From the IMG/VR virus record IMGVR_UViG_3300025585_000039, positions 16,004 through 80,003 of that record: 64,000 nucleotides of DNA; one strand, 5' to 3'. This DNA is from a virus. Each line of letters begins with the position of its first letter. The stretch's first letter is position 1. A model generated the notes under the pieces. It saw only the letters and a list, made by a program, of their open reading frames with translations. It had not been told where the DNA came from and ran no database searches. Of the stretch, positions 1 to 9,042 are shown one piece after another. A program made the position numbers and the translations under genes.

Positions 1-192
1 AAAAAAATCATCATTGTAGTTATAATCTACTGTGCCATCATCATCTGCAATCTCAATTGGAATTCTTGTCCAATGTCTTTGTGTAGTTAAAATACCGTTC
101 ATCTTACCCCAAGTCGCATCGAACTTGTTGTAAAATACGTCATCTATTCCACCATCAAGACTTCTTAAAACAAAAGGATCTGTCTTCTTCAC
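1..192 (-). CDS. hypothetical protein, partial (runs off the left edge); possible paralog of 22736..23515
   Basis: Manually translated open frame MKKTDPFVLRSLDGG...VDYNYNDDFF from GTG at 192; SD AGGAGAGG; GTGA overlap with the upstream stop. Confidence 0.6.
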   Translation of the reverse strand, partial: MKKTDPFVLRSLDGGIDDVFYNKFDATWGKMNGILTTQRHWTRIPIEIADDDGTVDYNYNDDFF

Positions 193-701
193 TCTAATAC
201 CTCTCCTACTGGTTGGCTATATATAGTTAATGGTCGTTCATCAAAGTATGCAAGAAGAACACCAGTCTTATTATTGTTAATGTCGGGGTTTGTGTTTCTC
301 CAATGCTCTAGTTTGCCTGAATTAAAAGCAACACCAGAGTTTGGTGGGAAAACATATTCTTTATCTTCTACCATGATTCCCCATGGCAAATTTTCATATA
401 GACACACATCCAAAAGACATACAGTTGGATTTAAATCAACGTGCTTCCCAAGAACACCTTGATGTCCTTCGTAATGTGCAAATGTTGTTTTAGTAGAAGA
501 AAGATTTGGATTGTCAAATAGTTCTCTTGCCAATGGTAAAAGTTCTTGTCCAAACATTTGTAGCACTGGATTATTGATACTATCAAACATAGTTCTTTGT
601 TGTTTGTTTACACCAGAATGAGACAGTAGTCGTTTACAGTATGAAACAACTTCCTCAAACCTATCAAGTGTAAAAACACCATGTACTATTTTTGGATCCA
701 T
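189..701 (-). CDS. 2OG-Fe(II) oxygenase-like protein (dispersed family A)
   Basis: HxD (KHVD) and distal HWR motif; similar to four other ORFs in the window. Confidence 0.7.
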   Translation of the reverse strand: MDPKIVHGVFTLDRFEEVVSYCKRLLSHSGVNKQQRTMFDSINNPVLQMFGQELLPLARELFDNPNLSSTKTTFAHYEGHQGVLGKHVDLNPTVCLLDVCLYENLPWGIMVEDKEYVFPPNSGVAFNSGKLEHWRNTNPDINNNKTGVLLAYFDERPLTIYSQPVGEVLE

Positions 702-707
702 ATATCT

Positions 708-716
708 ATTCTATCA
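708..716 (-). promoter_or_regulatory. extended -10 promoter TGATAGAAT, probably leaderless
   Basis: TGn + TAGAAT lies 6 nt before the ATG at 701. Confidence 0.55.
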
Positions 717-718
717 TA

Positions 719-1123
719 TTAGGACGATTGTTCGTCTTCTTCTTTTGGCAACAACAACATCAATTCTTCATACGCTGTCACTAGTCTATTTAAACTATTA
801 ATGTTTGGTGTCCATATTACGTCACCATATTTTTTGTGGTAATCTACTACTGGACCAACCTCATCCTTGAATTTGTTCAGTGCTTGCTGAACAACCTCTA
901 TATAAACAAACGCATCGTCTCTTGATTTTAATAAAAAGTTAGTAAACCCTTCGTTATCTGCAATATTAGATTTTTTTAATTGATCCGCCACTATAAAATA
1001 ATCTAGATTTACTTGAAACAAACTTTGAATTAATTTTTTTATTTTTAATGTTGCAATAATATTATAAAACAATGACGACATTAAAACTAAAAAGAAAATA
1101 ATAAATAGTATAAAGTTTAACAT
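719..1123 (-). CDS. hypothetical membrane-anchored protein
   Basis: N-terminal hydrophobic helix; TAATG coupling. Confidence 0.7.
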   Translation of the reverse strand: MLNFILFIIFFLVLMSSLFYNIIATLKIKKLIQSLFQVNLDYFIVADQLKKSNIADNEGFTNFLLKSRDDAFVYIEVVQQALNKFKDEVGPVVDYHKKYGDVIWTPNINSLNRLVTAYEELMLLLPKEEDEQSS

Positions 1124-1353
1124 TACATCTTATCCCTAACAAGCATAACAATTGCCCCATTATCTTCTAGTGCTTTTTTAACTCTAATCATATACTCAAC
1201 AGCAGAAATCTTATCATCATGTCCAAGTCTCATGAACTGCTCAGTATTAGCCTTGACTGTTAAAAAATTTTCATTATCAATTATTTGCACACTAAAATTT
1301 TTAGGCGGTGTCAAGGATCTAAATGCTTTCTGCATTGACAAAGTATATGTCAT
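1123..1353 (-). CDS. hypothetical protein
   Basis: ORF; likely start MTYTLSM with ATGA-type overlap. Confidence 0.65.
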   Translation of the reverse strand: MTYTLSMQKAFRSLTPPKNFSVQIIDNENFLTVKANTEQFMRLGHDDKISAVEYMIRVKKALEDNGAIVMLVRDKM

Positions 1354-1571
1354 TTCTCTTCTGCCCTCCACTGTCTAAATGATTTAATATAAACAGAAGC
1401 ATACGCAAGAGCCATTATAATAAAACCATATTGCTTTGTAGCAAGTGCATAAAGTATCCAGATGCACTCATTGATACATAATACTAACCATCCCAGCATG
1501 TTCTTATTACCAACAACATATATTCCAGAAACTCCAATTACTGCTAAGATCCAAGACCACCACTGATTCAT
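1350..1571 (-). CDS. small membrane protein, half-size PnuC-like
   Basis: Three hydrophobic segments; pattern GW..C..NE..W..YA...QYGF. Confidence 0.5.
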   Translation of the reverse strand: MNQWWSWILAVIGVSGIYVVGNKNMLGWLVLCINECIWILYALATKQYGFIIMALAYASVYIKSFRQWRAEEK

Positions 1572-1575
1572 ATTA

Positions 1576-1857
1576 TTAACCCATAGTCAAAGATTGCCAG
1601 GTTTCATTCCATTTATCTTTGTCCTTGTGTAAATTAAATTCTTTAGAGATCGCCCCATCTTCTAGGTAAACTCCACCCCAAACTCCCCATTCTTTTTGAG
1701 AAATTCCAACAGCAAAACATTGCTTGTTAACTGGGCATTGATTGCAGAGTTTGTCTAATGCATCTCGCAAAAGAACATCCTCTTCATATTTTTCAAAGAA
1801 CATGTTTGTATCATAATCTAAACATGCAGATGAGTCTTTCCACTCATGTCTCTTCAT
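1576..1857 (-). CDS. whiB: WhiB family Fe-S transcription factor
   Basis: Four conserved Cys (C...CxxCPVxxxC) plus the GVWGG turn. Confidence 0.92.
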   Translation of the reverse strand: MKRHEWKDSSACLDYDTNMFFEKYEEDVLLRDALDKLCNQCPVNKQCFAVGISQKEWGVWGGVYLEDGAISKEFNLHKDKDKWNETWQSLTMG

Positions 1858-1860
1858 TGG

Positions 1861-2070
1861 CTATACCGCCAATTTGTCTGGTAACTCCCATCCAGAACGA
1901 GTAGGAACAAAACGACGTGTCATATGCCACTTATTATTGATAAGTGCTCCAAATTTGGATGTTCTACCCTTGTCTGATGGATATCTATGGACTACTGTCC
2001 ATCCATCCCAATCTAGGGATTTATTCTTTGCTACAATTTTTTCCATTTTTTCAAGTGATTCGATTTTCAT
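1861..2070 (-). CDS. hypothetical protein
   Basis: ORF with SD AAGGA; fills the gene array. Confidence 0.7.
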   Translation of the reverse strand: MKIESLEKMEKIVAKNKSLDWDGWTVVHRYPSDKGRTSKFGALINNKWHMTRRFVPTRSGWELPDKLAV

Positions 2071-2078
2071 TATTATCC

Positions 2079-2429
2079 TTAGTATCTAAAAATTCCTACC
2101 TCAACATTGTTGTTTTCGGCAGTCGAAACAATTTTTGATGTTGTCTCTTTTGGTGTTGATAAAAACGCAAAATAGTTAAAAGAACTCATATTCTCTTCTA
2201 ACCAACTTGCTGGTACTTTATATAACTTTATTTTTTTATTTCGAAGTTTCATACCTTTTTCAGAAAGGTTTACAAACTCCATAGCCATTGAATTTACTTT
2301 GGCTGGTCCAGCGGTATAGATAGCCAAGAGGTTGTCATCTGCTGGCATGCTGGACATAGCCACACCCATGGCCCTTAAGAAAACATTATAGTCGCTAAAA
2401 CTATTTGTTCCCTGTACTCCCACTATCAC
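2079..2429 (-). CDS. SLOG/YspA-like (DUF2493-like) protein
   Basis: N-terminus IVGVQGTNSFSDYNVF resembles the SLOG strand-GSR-F-DY pattern. Confidence 0.45.
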   Translation of the reverse strand: MIVGVQGTNSFSDYNVFLRAMGVAMSSMPADDNLLAIYTAGPAKVNSMAMEFVNLSEKGMKLRNKKIKLYKVPASWLEENMSSFNYFAFLSTPKETTSKIVSTAENNNVEVGIFRY

Positions 2430-2823
2430 GTTTTTGTCCGTTCTGTAATTGATCTACTATGAAGATCGTCTTATCTAATTCTACCTTATCCATACTCATT
2501 GTGTCAACTGGAAAAGTAGTTTCTTTATCTACCCCTTCTTTGGTAACTTTGGCGGTATATAAAATGTTATCCTTAATCCAATAGGCATCTGGCCCAATGA
2601 TAATAACCCTGATTTGAACACCTTCCAGGTGCTTTGAGGACTGAGTGTTCAGAGGCTTCCTGAGAGAGGCTGTAGGGGGCATTAGAGGCCTTATAATGCT
2701 ATGTATATGGCTTTGTGAATATCTGTATGTATTGGTTGGCGGAATGCGTGTAAGGTTATTCAGGAGTATATATAGGAAGGCAGCCCCCAAAAAAGTGACA
2801 AAAGAACCTATAAAATATTCCAT
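2401..2823 (-). CDS. hypothetical membrane-anchored protein
   Basis: N-terminal TM helix; SD AGGAG. Confidence 0.7.
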   Translation of the reverse strand: MEYFIGSFVTFLGAAFLYILLNNLTRIPPTNTYRYSQSHIHSIIRPLMPPTASLRKPLNTQSSKHLEGVQIRVIIIGPDAYWIKDNILYTAKVTKEGVDKETTFPVDTMSMDKVELDKTIFIVDQLQNGQKRDSGSTGNK

Positions 2824-2843
2824 GATATATGTCTCCTAATACT

Positions 2844-2852
2844 ATTATATCA
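2844..2852 (-). promoter_or_regulatory. extended -10 promoter TGATATAAT
   Basis: Consensus extended -10 upstream of the SD and ATG at 2823. Confidence 0.6.
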
Positions 2853-3188
2853 GGATTCTTCACTAACGATTCTTACAATTTCCTTTAATACATTTTGTTG
2901 ATCACTGGTTAGTTTATTAGTCTCAATAACATCTAAAGCCTTTGGTGTCAGCATAACCTTTGGATCATTGGTATCCATTTCTTGTATTTCCAAAAACCCA
3001 TATTGCCATAATGTCATTACATCTGTATAAAAGTATGTAAACATTGCATCATGTAATTGTGGATTGACAACTTCTAGTTTGTCAGTAAAAGAAAATAGTA
3101 ATTCATTTGTATCCATATCAACAGCAGCAACTTCAAGTGCTCCATCAAGGATTAATTGCTCTACGATTTTATCCTCTGGTTCCATCAC
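2850..3188 (-). CDS. hypothetical protein (paralog of 3169..3411)
   Basis: Shared motif L.L.GALEV...D..T.E.L...TDKL. Confidence 0.7.
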   Translation of the reverse strand: MMEPEDKIVEQLILDGALEVAAVDMDTNELLFSFTDKLEVVNPQLHDAMFTYFYTDVMTLWQYGFLEIQEMDTNDPKVMLTPKALDVIETNKLTSDQQNVLKEIVRIVSEES

Positions 3189-3411
3189 TAATTCTCCAAG
3201 TCATTGTTTTAGGTCCAGCATACATCATCTGGATCATATTTTTTCTAAAAATTGCGTTTACTTCTTTGTACATTGCTGGGGAAACCTCTTCAAGTTTATC
3301 TGTAATTGCATACAAAGTCTCACCAGTTTGAGGATCCATACCAGACACTTCTAGCGCACCTTGTAAAAGTAAGTGTTCTAAAAGTGCCTCAGTTTTTATA
3401 TTGATATTCAC
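3169..3411 (-). CDS. hypothetical protein (paralog of 2850..3188)
   Basis: Shared motif as above. Confidence 0.7.
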   Translation of the reverse strand: MNINIKTEALLEHLLLQGALEVSGMDPQTGETLYAITDKLEEVSPAMYKEVNAIFRKNMIQMMYAGPKTMTWRISDGTRG

Positions 3412-3815
3412 TTCTTCTTCTTAGCACGTTGCTTGGCAAGAGCATCGAAATCTTTTACCTTGGTATCTCCAAGATAGCCCCATGCATAACCGTCTTCAAT
3501 CATTTGATCATTGACGGAAATAGTATTTCCATCTAAATATACCCACCCCAAAATACGACCGTATTTTTCTGTAGAGTCTGGCAATTCAGTTTTAATTACT
3601 ACTAGTTTAGCATCTTTGAACTTATATTTCAAGTACTCTTTTGCTTCTAATCCTAATGCTTTTTCAACCTTATCTGTTGTACGAGATTCAGGGGTATCAA
3701 TACCAGCCAATCTCACACGCTTTGTTAAAGAAATATCAAAGCCAAGATCAATATCAACATCGATAGTATCTCCATCGACTATCTTTATAACATTTTTTAC
3801 TCTATATTCGTACAT
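3408..3815 (-). CDS. thermonuclease (SNase family)
   Basis: VDGDTID, RVRLAGIDTPE and KYGRILG motifs. Confidence 0.93.
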   Translation of the reverse strand: MYEYRVKNVIKIVDGDTIDVDIDLGFDISLTKRVRLAGIDTPESRTTDKVEKALGLEAKEYLKYKFKDAKLVVIKTELPDSTEKYGRILGWVYLDGNTISVNDQMIEDGYAWGYLGDTKVKDFDALAKQRAKKKK

Positions 3816-3816
3816 T

Positions 3817-4476
3817 CTATAACCTATTCCCATGCCAATAATCCCAACCATGAAGATCTATGAATTCTTTTTGGAAGTTTTCTTGGTATGCGCTTTCTGT
3901 TAGTTTCTTTATTTCTTTTGTCATTCCATAATCATCTTGTTTTCCATCATGGAAATGAAAAAATATCATATCTACATATTCATCATCTTTTAATATTGTA
4001 GGCTTTCTCCAGTGTACCTCATACGATGGTTTAAAAACTAGTGCATCGTTATCTTCTAAAGAATACTCTTTATTTTCTACAACCAATTTCCACTCAACAT
4101 TAGATTCTAGTTGATAGTCAATAGTAAATGTAGAATGACCAGTGTCATAATGTGGTGCAAGTCGTGGAGTTCCATATTTAGGCGAGTATCTTGTAAAAGC
4201 ATAACCATCTGGTTTTAGATCTTCACCATAATTATCTCTAGCATATTTTTCTATCTTATCGGCAATCCTTTTTGGAATTCTATCAGTAGCAACAAACAGG
4301 GCACGTCCAGACCATTCCTGTGCTAAGACCTTATCTGTTGGTCTACCTTCTTTTGCAATAGTTTCAAGCGGTATGGTTACTGGCTCCATAGAATTAAAAA
4401 ATCCATACATTGCTTCTTTGAGTTCTGCAATCTCATCATCTGTAAAGAATGCTTTAAGTTGATGGCTCTTTGTCAT
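3817..4476 (-). CDS. 2OG-Fe(II) oxygenase-like protein (family A)
   Basis: LAPHYD...TIDYQLESN..W...VHWR. Confidence 0.75.
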   Translation of the reverse strand: MTKSHQLKAFFTDDEIAELKEAMYGFFNSMEPVTIPLETIAKEGRPTDKVLAQEWSGRALFVATDRIPKRIADKIEKYARDNYGEDLKPDGYAFTRYSPKYGTPRLAPHYDTGHSTFTIDYQLESNVEWKLVVENKEYSLEDNDALVFKPSYEVHWRKPTILKDDEYVDMIFFHFHDGKQDDYGMTKEIKKLTESAYQENFQKEFIDLHGWDYWHGNRL

Positions 4477-4676
4477 TGTCTACCCCACTGAATATTATTC
4501 CATCCACGCTCATGGAAATAATAAAGAATTGTTTTTGTTAATACCTCAAAACCAGCAATAGACGCTGCCGTAACTGCCTTATGTGTTATGAAATATGAAA
4601 GAACGAAGGTATCTAATGTACCAACAACTCTCCATGTAATTGCTTTTAGTGCAGATCTTGATTTAGTTACTTTCAT
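4473..4676 (-). CDS. DUF2061 small membrane protein
   Basis: RSALKAITWR...LYYFHERGW motif. Confidence 0.85.
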   Translation of the reverse strand: MKVTKSRSALKAITWRVVGTLDTFVLSYFITHKAVTAASIAGFEVLTKTILYYFHERGWNNIQWGRQ

Positions 4677-4753
4677 GATGGCCACTCCATATCATTTGGT
4701 CTTGTGATAATATCCCAGATCTTCGATAAAACCTTTTTAAGTTTTGTAATCAT
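4673..4753 (-). CDS. 26-aa micro-ORF MITKLKKVLSKIWDIITRPNDMEWPS
   Basis: Fills the gap exactly, with ATGA overlaps at both ends. Confidence 0.55.
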   Translation of the reverse strand: MITKLKKVLSKIWDIITRPNDMEWPS

Positions 4754-5307
4754 GAGATATACCTATTAGGAATAATGTCTACCAATAAATGAATGCGATG
4801 CAACGGACTCTTGTTAACCACAGAGTGAATCTTAGCATTATTTATTTCCCAACATTCTCCTTCTTTCATTGTAACTGTTTTTTCATCTACAGTAAAAAAG
4901 ACATTCTGATTTGTTATGATTGGTATATGGTGTCTGCGAGAATGCATAAGGTAGTCACCACTATCACTATGTGGATGAATGTCTCCAAATCCTTTTAGTT
5001 TAATTAGAAGGCATTGTCCAACTTTACCATCATGTAATATCTCTAAATCCCTTACAATTGGATCAACAAGACTCATAATGTTGTCATCAAAACATAATTG
5101 TTGACCTTGGTATGGCGTATTAATACCCCACCCCAAAGGGTGAGTATATAAAAAAAATGACTCTGTAAATCTGTGTGTATATTCGCTGCGCTGCCTGCTT
5201 GTATTAATTTGCCATTCTGAATTAAATTTTTCAACAATAGACCGCAATTGAGAAACGTCAAATTGTTTGTGCATTGTTATGCTAAATTCTTCGTCCCTCT
5301 TGTACAT
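4750..5307 (-). CDS. aspartyl/asparaginyl beta-hydroxylase-like 2OG-Fe(II) oxygenase
   Basis: IHPHSD, RHHIPIITN, WEINN..HSVVN....RIHL motifs. Confidence 0.85.
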   Translation of the reverse strand: MYKRDEEFSITMHKQFDVSQLRSIVEKFNSEWQINTSRQRSEYTHRFTESFFLYTHPLGWGINTPYQGQQLCFDDNIMSLVDPIVRDLEILHDGKVGQCLLIKLKGFGDIHPHSDSGDYLMHSRRHHIPIITNQNVFFTVDEKTVTMKEGECWEINNAKIHSVVNKSPLHRIHLLVDIIPNRYIS

Positions 5308-5308
5308 T

Positions 5309-6070
5309 TTAGATACCTAACTCTTTTCGCTTTTGTGTGGCACTAATGGATTCAATTTCATCACCAAGTTTAACTTGTTCTATTTTATATCCAACGTCAC
5401 GACCATAAACAATATTAGTAATGTTAGGTAATCTAAGAACCATTGATCCATCCATAAATGAATCTTTAGCAATATAATCTTTTACTTCATCAAACTTTAA
5501 TGGATCTTTTTCGCTTGTTTTATATGTATTACGCACTCCCAGAAGTACCTGATCAGTTCTCTTACCTGCTTCTACATATAGAGCGTGATGACCCTCATGC
5601 CATGGTTGATATCGCCCAAGCATAAGTGTTGTTGGTGCAGACCAATCATGCAAGCCAAATTCTTTAATTATTACGGATGCTTTATCATCTGCATCAAGAA
5701 TGTGGCTTGGAAACGAGATGTCATATTGAGTTGGCTCTTCAAACATTTTATTTGTATCTTCAAAACGACTTTCCTTGATTGTTCTCATCCAAATAAGAAT
5801 ATCTGGCTTACCAAATGCTGCACGAGTTAAATCTGTTGGGCATACAAAGTCAACAATAACTGGAGCAACACCTTGCTTTGAAATAAGACGTGCCATCTCT
5901 CCCATGCGTCGTGCCTGTTCTAAACGATCCTCTGGCGTAAAGCCAAGATCTGAATTCACTGTTGCACGAACCTCATCTGCATTAAGATGAATAGCGTTAA
6001 TACGTTCTTTTAATGCCTTCGCAAGTTCTGTTTTGCCAGAACCTGGCAATCCAATTATTTGAATAATCAT
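5309..6070 (-). CDS. adenylyl-sulfate kinase fused to an HxGH nucleotidyltransferase domain
   Basis: GLPGSGKT P-loop, ADEVR, DLGFTPEDR, FEEP; C-domain GRYQPWHEGH, GRD, ISAT. Confidence 0.85.
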   Translation of the reverse strand: MIIQIIGLPGSGKTELAKALKERINAIHLNADEVRATVNSDLGFTPEDRLEQARRMGEMARLISKQGVAPVIVDFVCPTDLTRAAFGKPDILIWMRTIKESRFEDTNKMFEEPTQYDISFPSHILDADDKASVIIKEFGLHDWSAPTTLMLGRYQPWHEGHHALYVEAGKRTDQVLLGVRNTYKTSEKDPLKFDEVKDYIAKDSFMDGSMVLRLPNITNIVYGRDVGYKIEQVKLGDEIESISATQKRKELGI

Positions 6071-6327
6071 TCTTCTGTTTCGTCCTCAAGTTTGTTCTCT
6101 GATAAACGTTCACGTTCATCTAATATTTCATACATAAATTGCATCATTTTATCGTACCCCTCTGGAGTAGACATAATACCGTTATAATGATGTGCACAAA
6201 AAAGTAGATCTCCAGATACTCCAGTTACCTTAACATAGGCCTGTGCAGAACATCTGTCACATCTATCATTTGCATCTAGTACCCACTCCCTTTTAGATAC
6301 GGAAGGGTGTGTTGCCGTCATACTCAT
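6067..6327 (-). CDS. actinobacterial-type Cys/His zinc-binding protein (DUF7455-like)
   Basis: DRCDRCSAQAYV...LLFCAHH. Confidence 0.7.
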   Translation of the reverse strand: MSMTATHPSVSKREWVLDANDRCDRCSAQAYVKVTGVSGDLLFCAHHYNGIMSTPEGYDKMMQFMYEILDERERLSENKLEDETEE

Positions 6328-6328
6328 A

Positions 6329-6514
6329 TTATACCTTTCGATTATCAGTGGAATAAAAGCCAGAGCCGTTAAAAACCGCTCCTACATTAGAGTATACACG
6401 AACTAGTGGTTTTTGGCAAGTTTCACACAAATATCCTGGATCATCTTCAGTCATAGCCCTAACTTTGATATATCTTTGGGCACAAGCCATGCAATCATAT
6501 TCGTATGATGGCAT
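6329..6514 (-). CDS. FmdB family zinc-ribbon protein
   Basis: MPSYEYDCxxC...CxxC...FNGSGFYSTD. Confidence 0.9.
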   Translation of the reverse strand: MPSYEYDCMACAQRYIKVRAMTEDDPGYLCETCQKPLVRVYSNVGAVFNGSGFYSTDNRKV

Positions 6515-6621
6515 TACTTTTTCTTCTTTGCTTTAACGTACCATATTGGTAAATTTAAATTATCTCCAGACCATTCATAGCCAAGTAGTTTAACAACAAA
6601 CTTAATAATCTTAATACGCAT
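6514..6621 (-). CDS. 35-aa micro-ORF MRIKIIKFVVKLLGYEWSGDNLNLPIWYVKAKKKK
   Basis: Fills the gap, with TAATG overlaps at both ends. Confidence 0.6.
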   Translation of the reverse strand: MRIKIIKFVVKLLGYEWSGDNLNLPIWYVKAKKKK

Positions 6622-6821
6622 TATTTTACCTTATTCCCAAATTTTGTCCAAAGTCTTTCATGCACAAAGTACAAAGCAGATTCCCAAAATAATTCCGCCA
6701 GAGCAGCAATACCAGCAATTTCCCATTCTCCTGTTAAAAGAAAAATTGTTCCTGCAACCATTGTCATGTGAACCAGTTGCCAAGTAACTGTTTTAAGTAG
6801 ACTCTTTTTTGGTGTATCCAT
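6621..6821 (-). CDS. DUF2061 small membrane protein (second copy)
   Basis: KSLLKTVTW...LYFVHERLW. Confidence 0.85.
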   Translation of the reverse strand: MDTPKKSLLKTVTWQLVHMTMVAGTIFLLTGEWEIAGIAALAELFWESALYFVHERLWTKFGNKVK

Positions 6822-7603
6822 TACTTTACTCCCTTAATTCTTCTGTATGTTTCTTCATCTACAATACCATTTACTGGAAGACCTTCTTTTTTCTGAAAAG
6901 CCCTTACCGCTTTATCGGTAATTGGTCCAAACACACCTTCTGCTGGCTTAACACCAAGTGCTACTTGAACAACCTTAACTGAAGATCCCTTCGATCCTTG
7001 CTTAAATGGTTTAAATAATTTTACTTCTGGAACTTCGACACCTTGTGATTTAGCAACTTCAGCAAGTGCAACCTTCTTGTCTTCTAAAGGCATTGGTGCA
7101 TCTGCATCTGGATAATCAACTACTCCGTATCCTGCAATGAATACTTGAAGACCTTTCTTGTTAGGACCGTATGCACGAAGTTTCTTTGCACACTCACCAC
7201 CATTTGACTGACTACCCTTCTTTCCATCAGCGGATGTATTTCCTTCAATACACCAAGCAGTTCCATCACCATTATCTTTCAATACCCAACCAACATGGTC
7301 AATGTCACGACCACCAGGGAAGTCAAAATAAACTACCCAACCTGGCTGTGGTTTGTTACCTTTAACAGGAACCCACTTGTTCATCTTTTTAAATGCTGCT
7401 ACACCAGCAGGTGTATAAACTGTATTTGGAACTTTTACACCAGCCTGATTAGCGGACCAGTTAACAAACGATCCACACCATGGCAAGAAATTTGCCTTTG
7501 TGTATGCACCATATTTTGTTTCATTATCTTTTGGACCTTCTACGGTTCCAACTTCTTTTTGAATCACTTCAAGTAGAAGTGCTCTTGTACCTTTTTCTGC
7601 CAT
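6821..7603 (-). CDS. endolysin: CHAP amidase plus peptidoglycan-binding domain
   Basis: PWCGSFV, DHVG, IEGNT; C-terminal G.FGP.T..AV..FQ...GL..GIV. Confidence 0.9.
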   Translation of the reverse strand: MAEKGTRALLLEVIQKEVGTVEGPKDNETKYGAYTKANFLPWCGSFVNWSANQAGVKVPNTVYTPAGVAAFKKMNKWVPVKGNKPQPGWVVYFDFPGGRDIDHVGWVLKDNGDGTAWCIEGNTSADGKKGSQSNGGECAKKLRAYGPNKKGLQVFIAGYGVVDYPDADAPMPLEDKKVALAEVAKSQGVEVPEVKLFKPFKQGSKGSSVKVVQVALGVKPAEGVFGPITDKAVRAFQKKEGLPVNGIVDEETYRRIKGVK

Positions 7604-7617
7604 TTTTCCTCCTAGTG

Positions 7618-9042
7618 TTACCTGATAATTTTTGTATTATAGGTCTTTTCCCACTCTATTATATCACTCTCATCATTTAGTAGTGGTTGGCCTTTAATAT
7701 TTAAACTGGTATTTAATAATATAGGAACACCAGTTGCCTTATAAAATTTTTCTAAAACAGCATACAATCCAGGATGCTGTTCTTTAGTTACTGTCTGAAC
7801 CCTAGATGTGCCATCAATATGCACCACAGAAGGTATTAAATCTGGCTTTAAACATCTTGGGGTATATTGCATATATGGGGATTCATACTTCATGTCAAAC
7901 CATTCTGAGGCGTGTTCTGCCATTATTACGGGGGCAAAAGGTCTAAACAATTCACGCTTCTTAATAAGATTTACCTTGTCTTTAATATTTGGATCTCTTG
8001 GATCAGCAAGGATACTTCTATTTCCTAATGCCCTTGGACCAAACTCTGCTCTACCGCTTGCTACTGCAGCAATTTGATTTGTCATAATCTCATTAAAGAT
8101 AGCATCAACTGGATACTTTCCTGGAATATTATATCCAAGATATGGTCCTTCCCATTTTACATGTTTTGCACGAAGAGCAAGGGCAGCACCCAAAGAACTA
8201 CCAGCATCTCCAGGATTTGGCATGATCCAAACGTCATCAAAAATATCCCAAAGCATTGTATTGGCTGAAGCATTTAATGCACAACCACCCATAAAAACCA
8301 AATTCTTATATTCTGGTAATAGTTCTCCTCGAACCATTATCATAAACTCCCACAATCTTTCTTCATACACCTTTTGAACTGAAGCAGCAATATCAAACTT
8401 ATCTTGATCAGTCAAGATGTGGTATGGCCAATCTTTAATTCCTTGATGGTAATTATATTTTTGTGTTTTAATATCAGGGAAGTAGGACCAAACCTCTTTG
8501 TAATATGTGTCTGGATTTCCATACCCTGCCATACCCATTAGAATATATTCTTCTTGATTTGGCATTAAACCTATCAGTTGTGTAAATGCAGAATAGAATA
8601 AACCGAAACTTAATGGATATTTTATTTCTTTAACAAGTTTGATATCCTCTCCATCTCCTACCCAAACAGTAGACGTAGAAAATTCTCCAATAGCATCTAA
8701 AACAACAATTGCTGCTTTGTCAAATGGACTTGTATAATATCCTGCACAAGCATGGGTGTAGTGATGCTTAAATGATATATCAAACTTATGTTTTGGCTTC
8801 CAATCTGCAGCACCACCACGTAAAACCAATCTTAACTTTTTAAGTCCAGGCTTTTCATAGTATGCAATTTCATCTGGAGTTCCTCCGTATCGCTCTGCAT
8901 CTTTCCATAACTCATTATTGGTATACCAATCATTTTTAATCTTGCTATATCTTTCTGCGTGTCCAGCAAATAAAATAGAACTATTTTTAATTACAGCAAG
9001 TGCAGCATCGTGAGATGTCTCATTGAATCCAAATATTTTCAT
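7618..9042 (-). CDS. carbamoyltransferase (NodU/CmcH family)
   Basis: HDAALA, ERYS, HH..HA, DAIGE, EFGPRALGNRSILADP, RELFRPFAP, HIDGTSRVQTV, LLNTSLN. Confidence 0.95.
   Translation of the reverse strand: MKIFGFNETSHDAALAVIKNSSILFAGHAERYSKIKNDWYTNNELWKDAERYGGTPDEIAYYEKPGLKKLRLVLRGGAADWKPKHKFDISFKHHYTHACAGYYTSPFDKAAIVVLDAIGEFSTSTVWVGDGEDIKLVKEIKYPLSFGLFYSAFTQLIGLMPNQEEYILMGMAGYGNPDTYYKEVWSYFPDIKTQKYNYHQGIKDWPYHILTDQDKFDIAASVQKVYEERLWEFMIMVRGELLPEYKNLVFMGGCALNASANTMLWDIFDDVWIMPNPGDAGSSLGAALALRAKHVKWEGPYLGYNIPGKYPVDAIFNEIMTNQIAAVASGRAEFGPRALGNRSILADPRDPNIKDKVNLIKKRELFRPFAPVIMAEHASEWFDMKYESPYMQYTPRCLKPDLIPSVVHIDGTSRVQTVTKEQHPGLYAVLEKFYKATGVPILLNTSLNIKGQPLLNDESDIIEWEKTYNTKIIR
7658..7666 (-). promoter_or_regulatory. 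internal extended -10 promoter TGATATAAT upstream of the endolysin
   Basis: Consensus motif inside the 3' end of the carbamoyltransferase gene. Confidence 0.5.
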
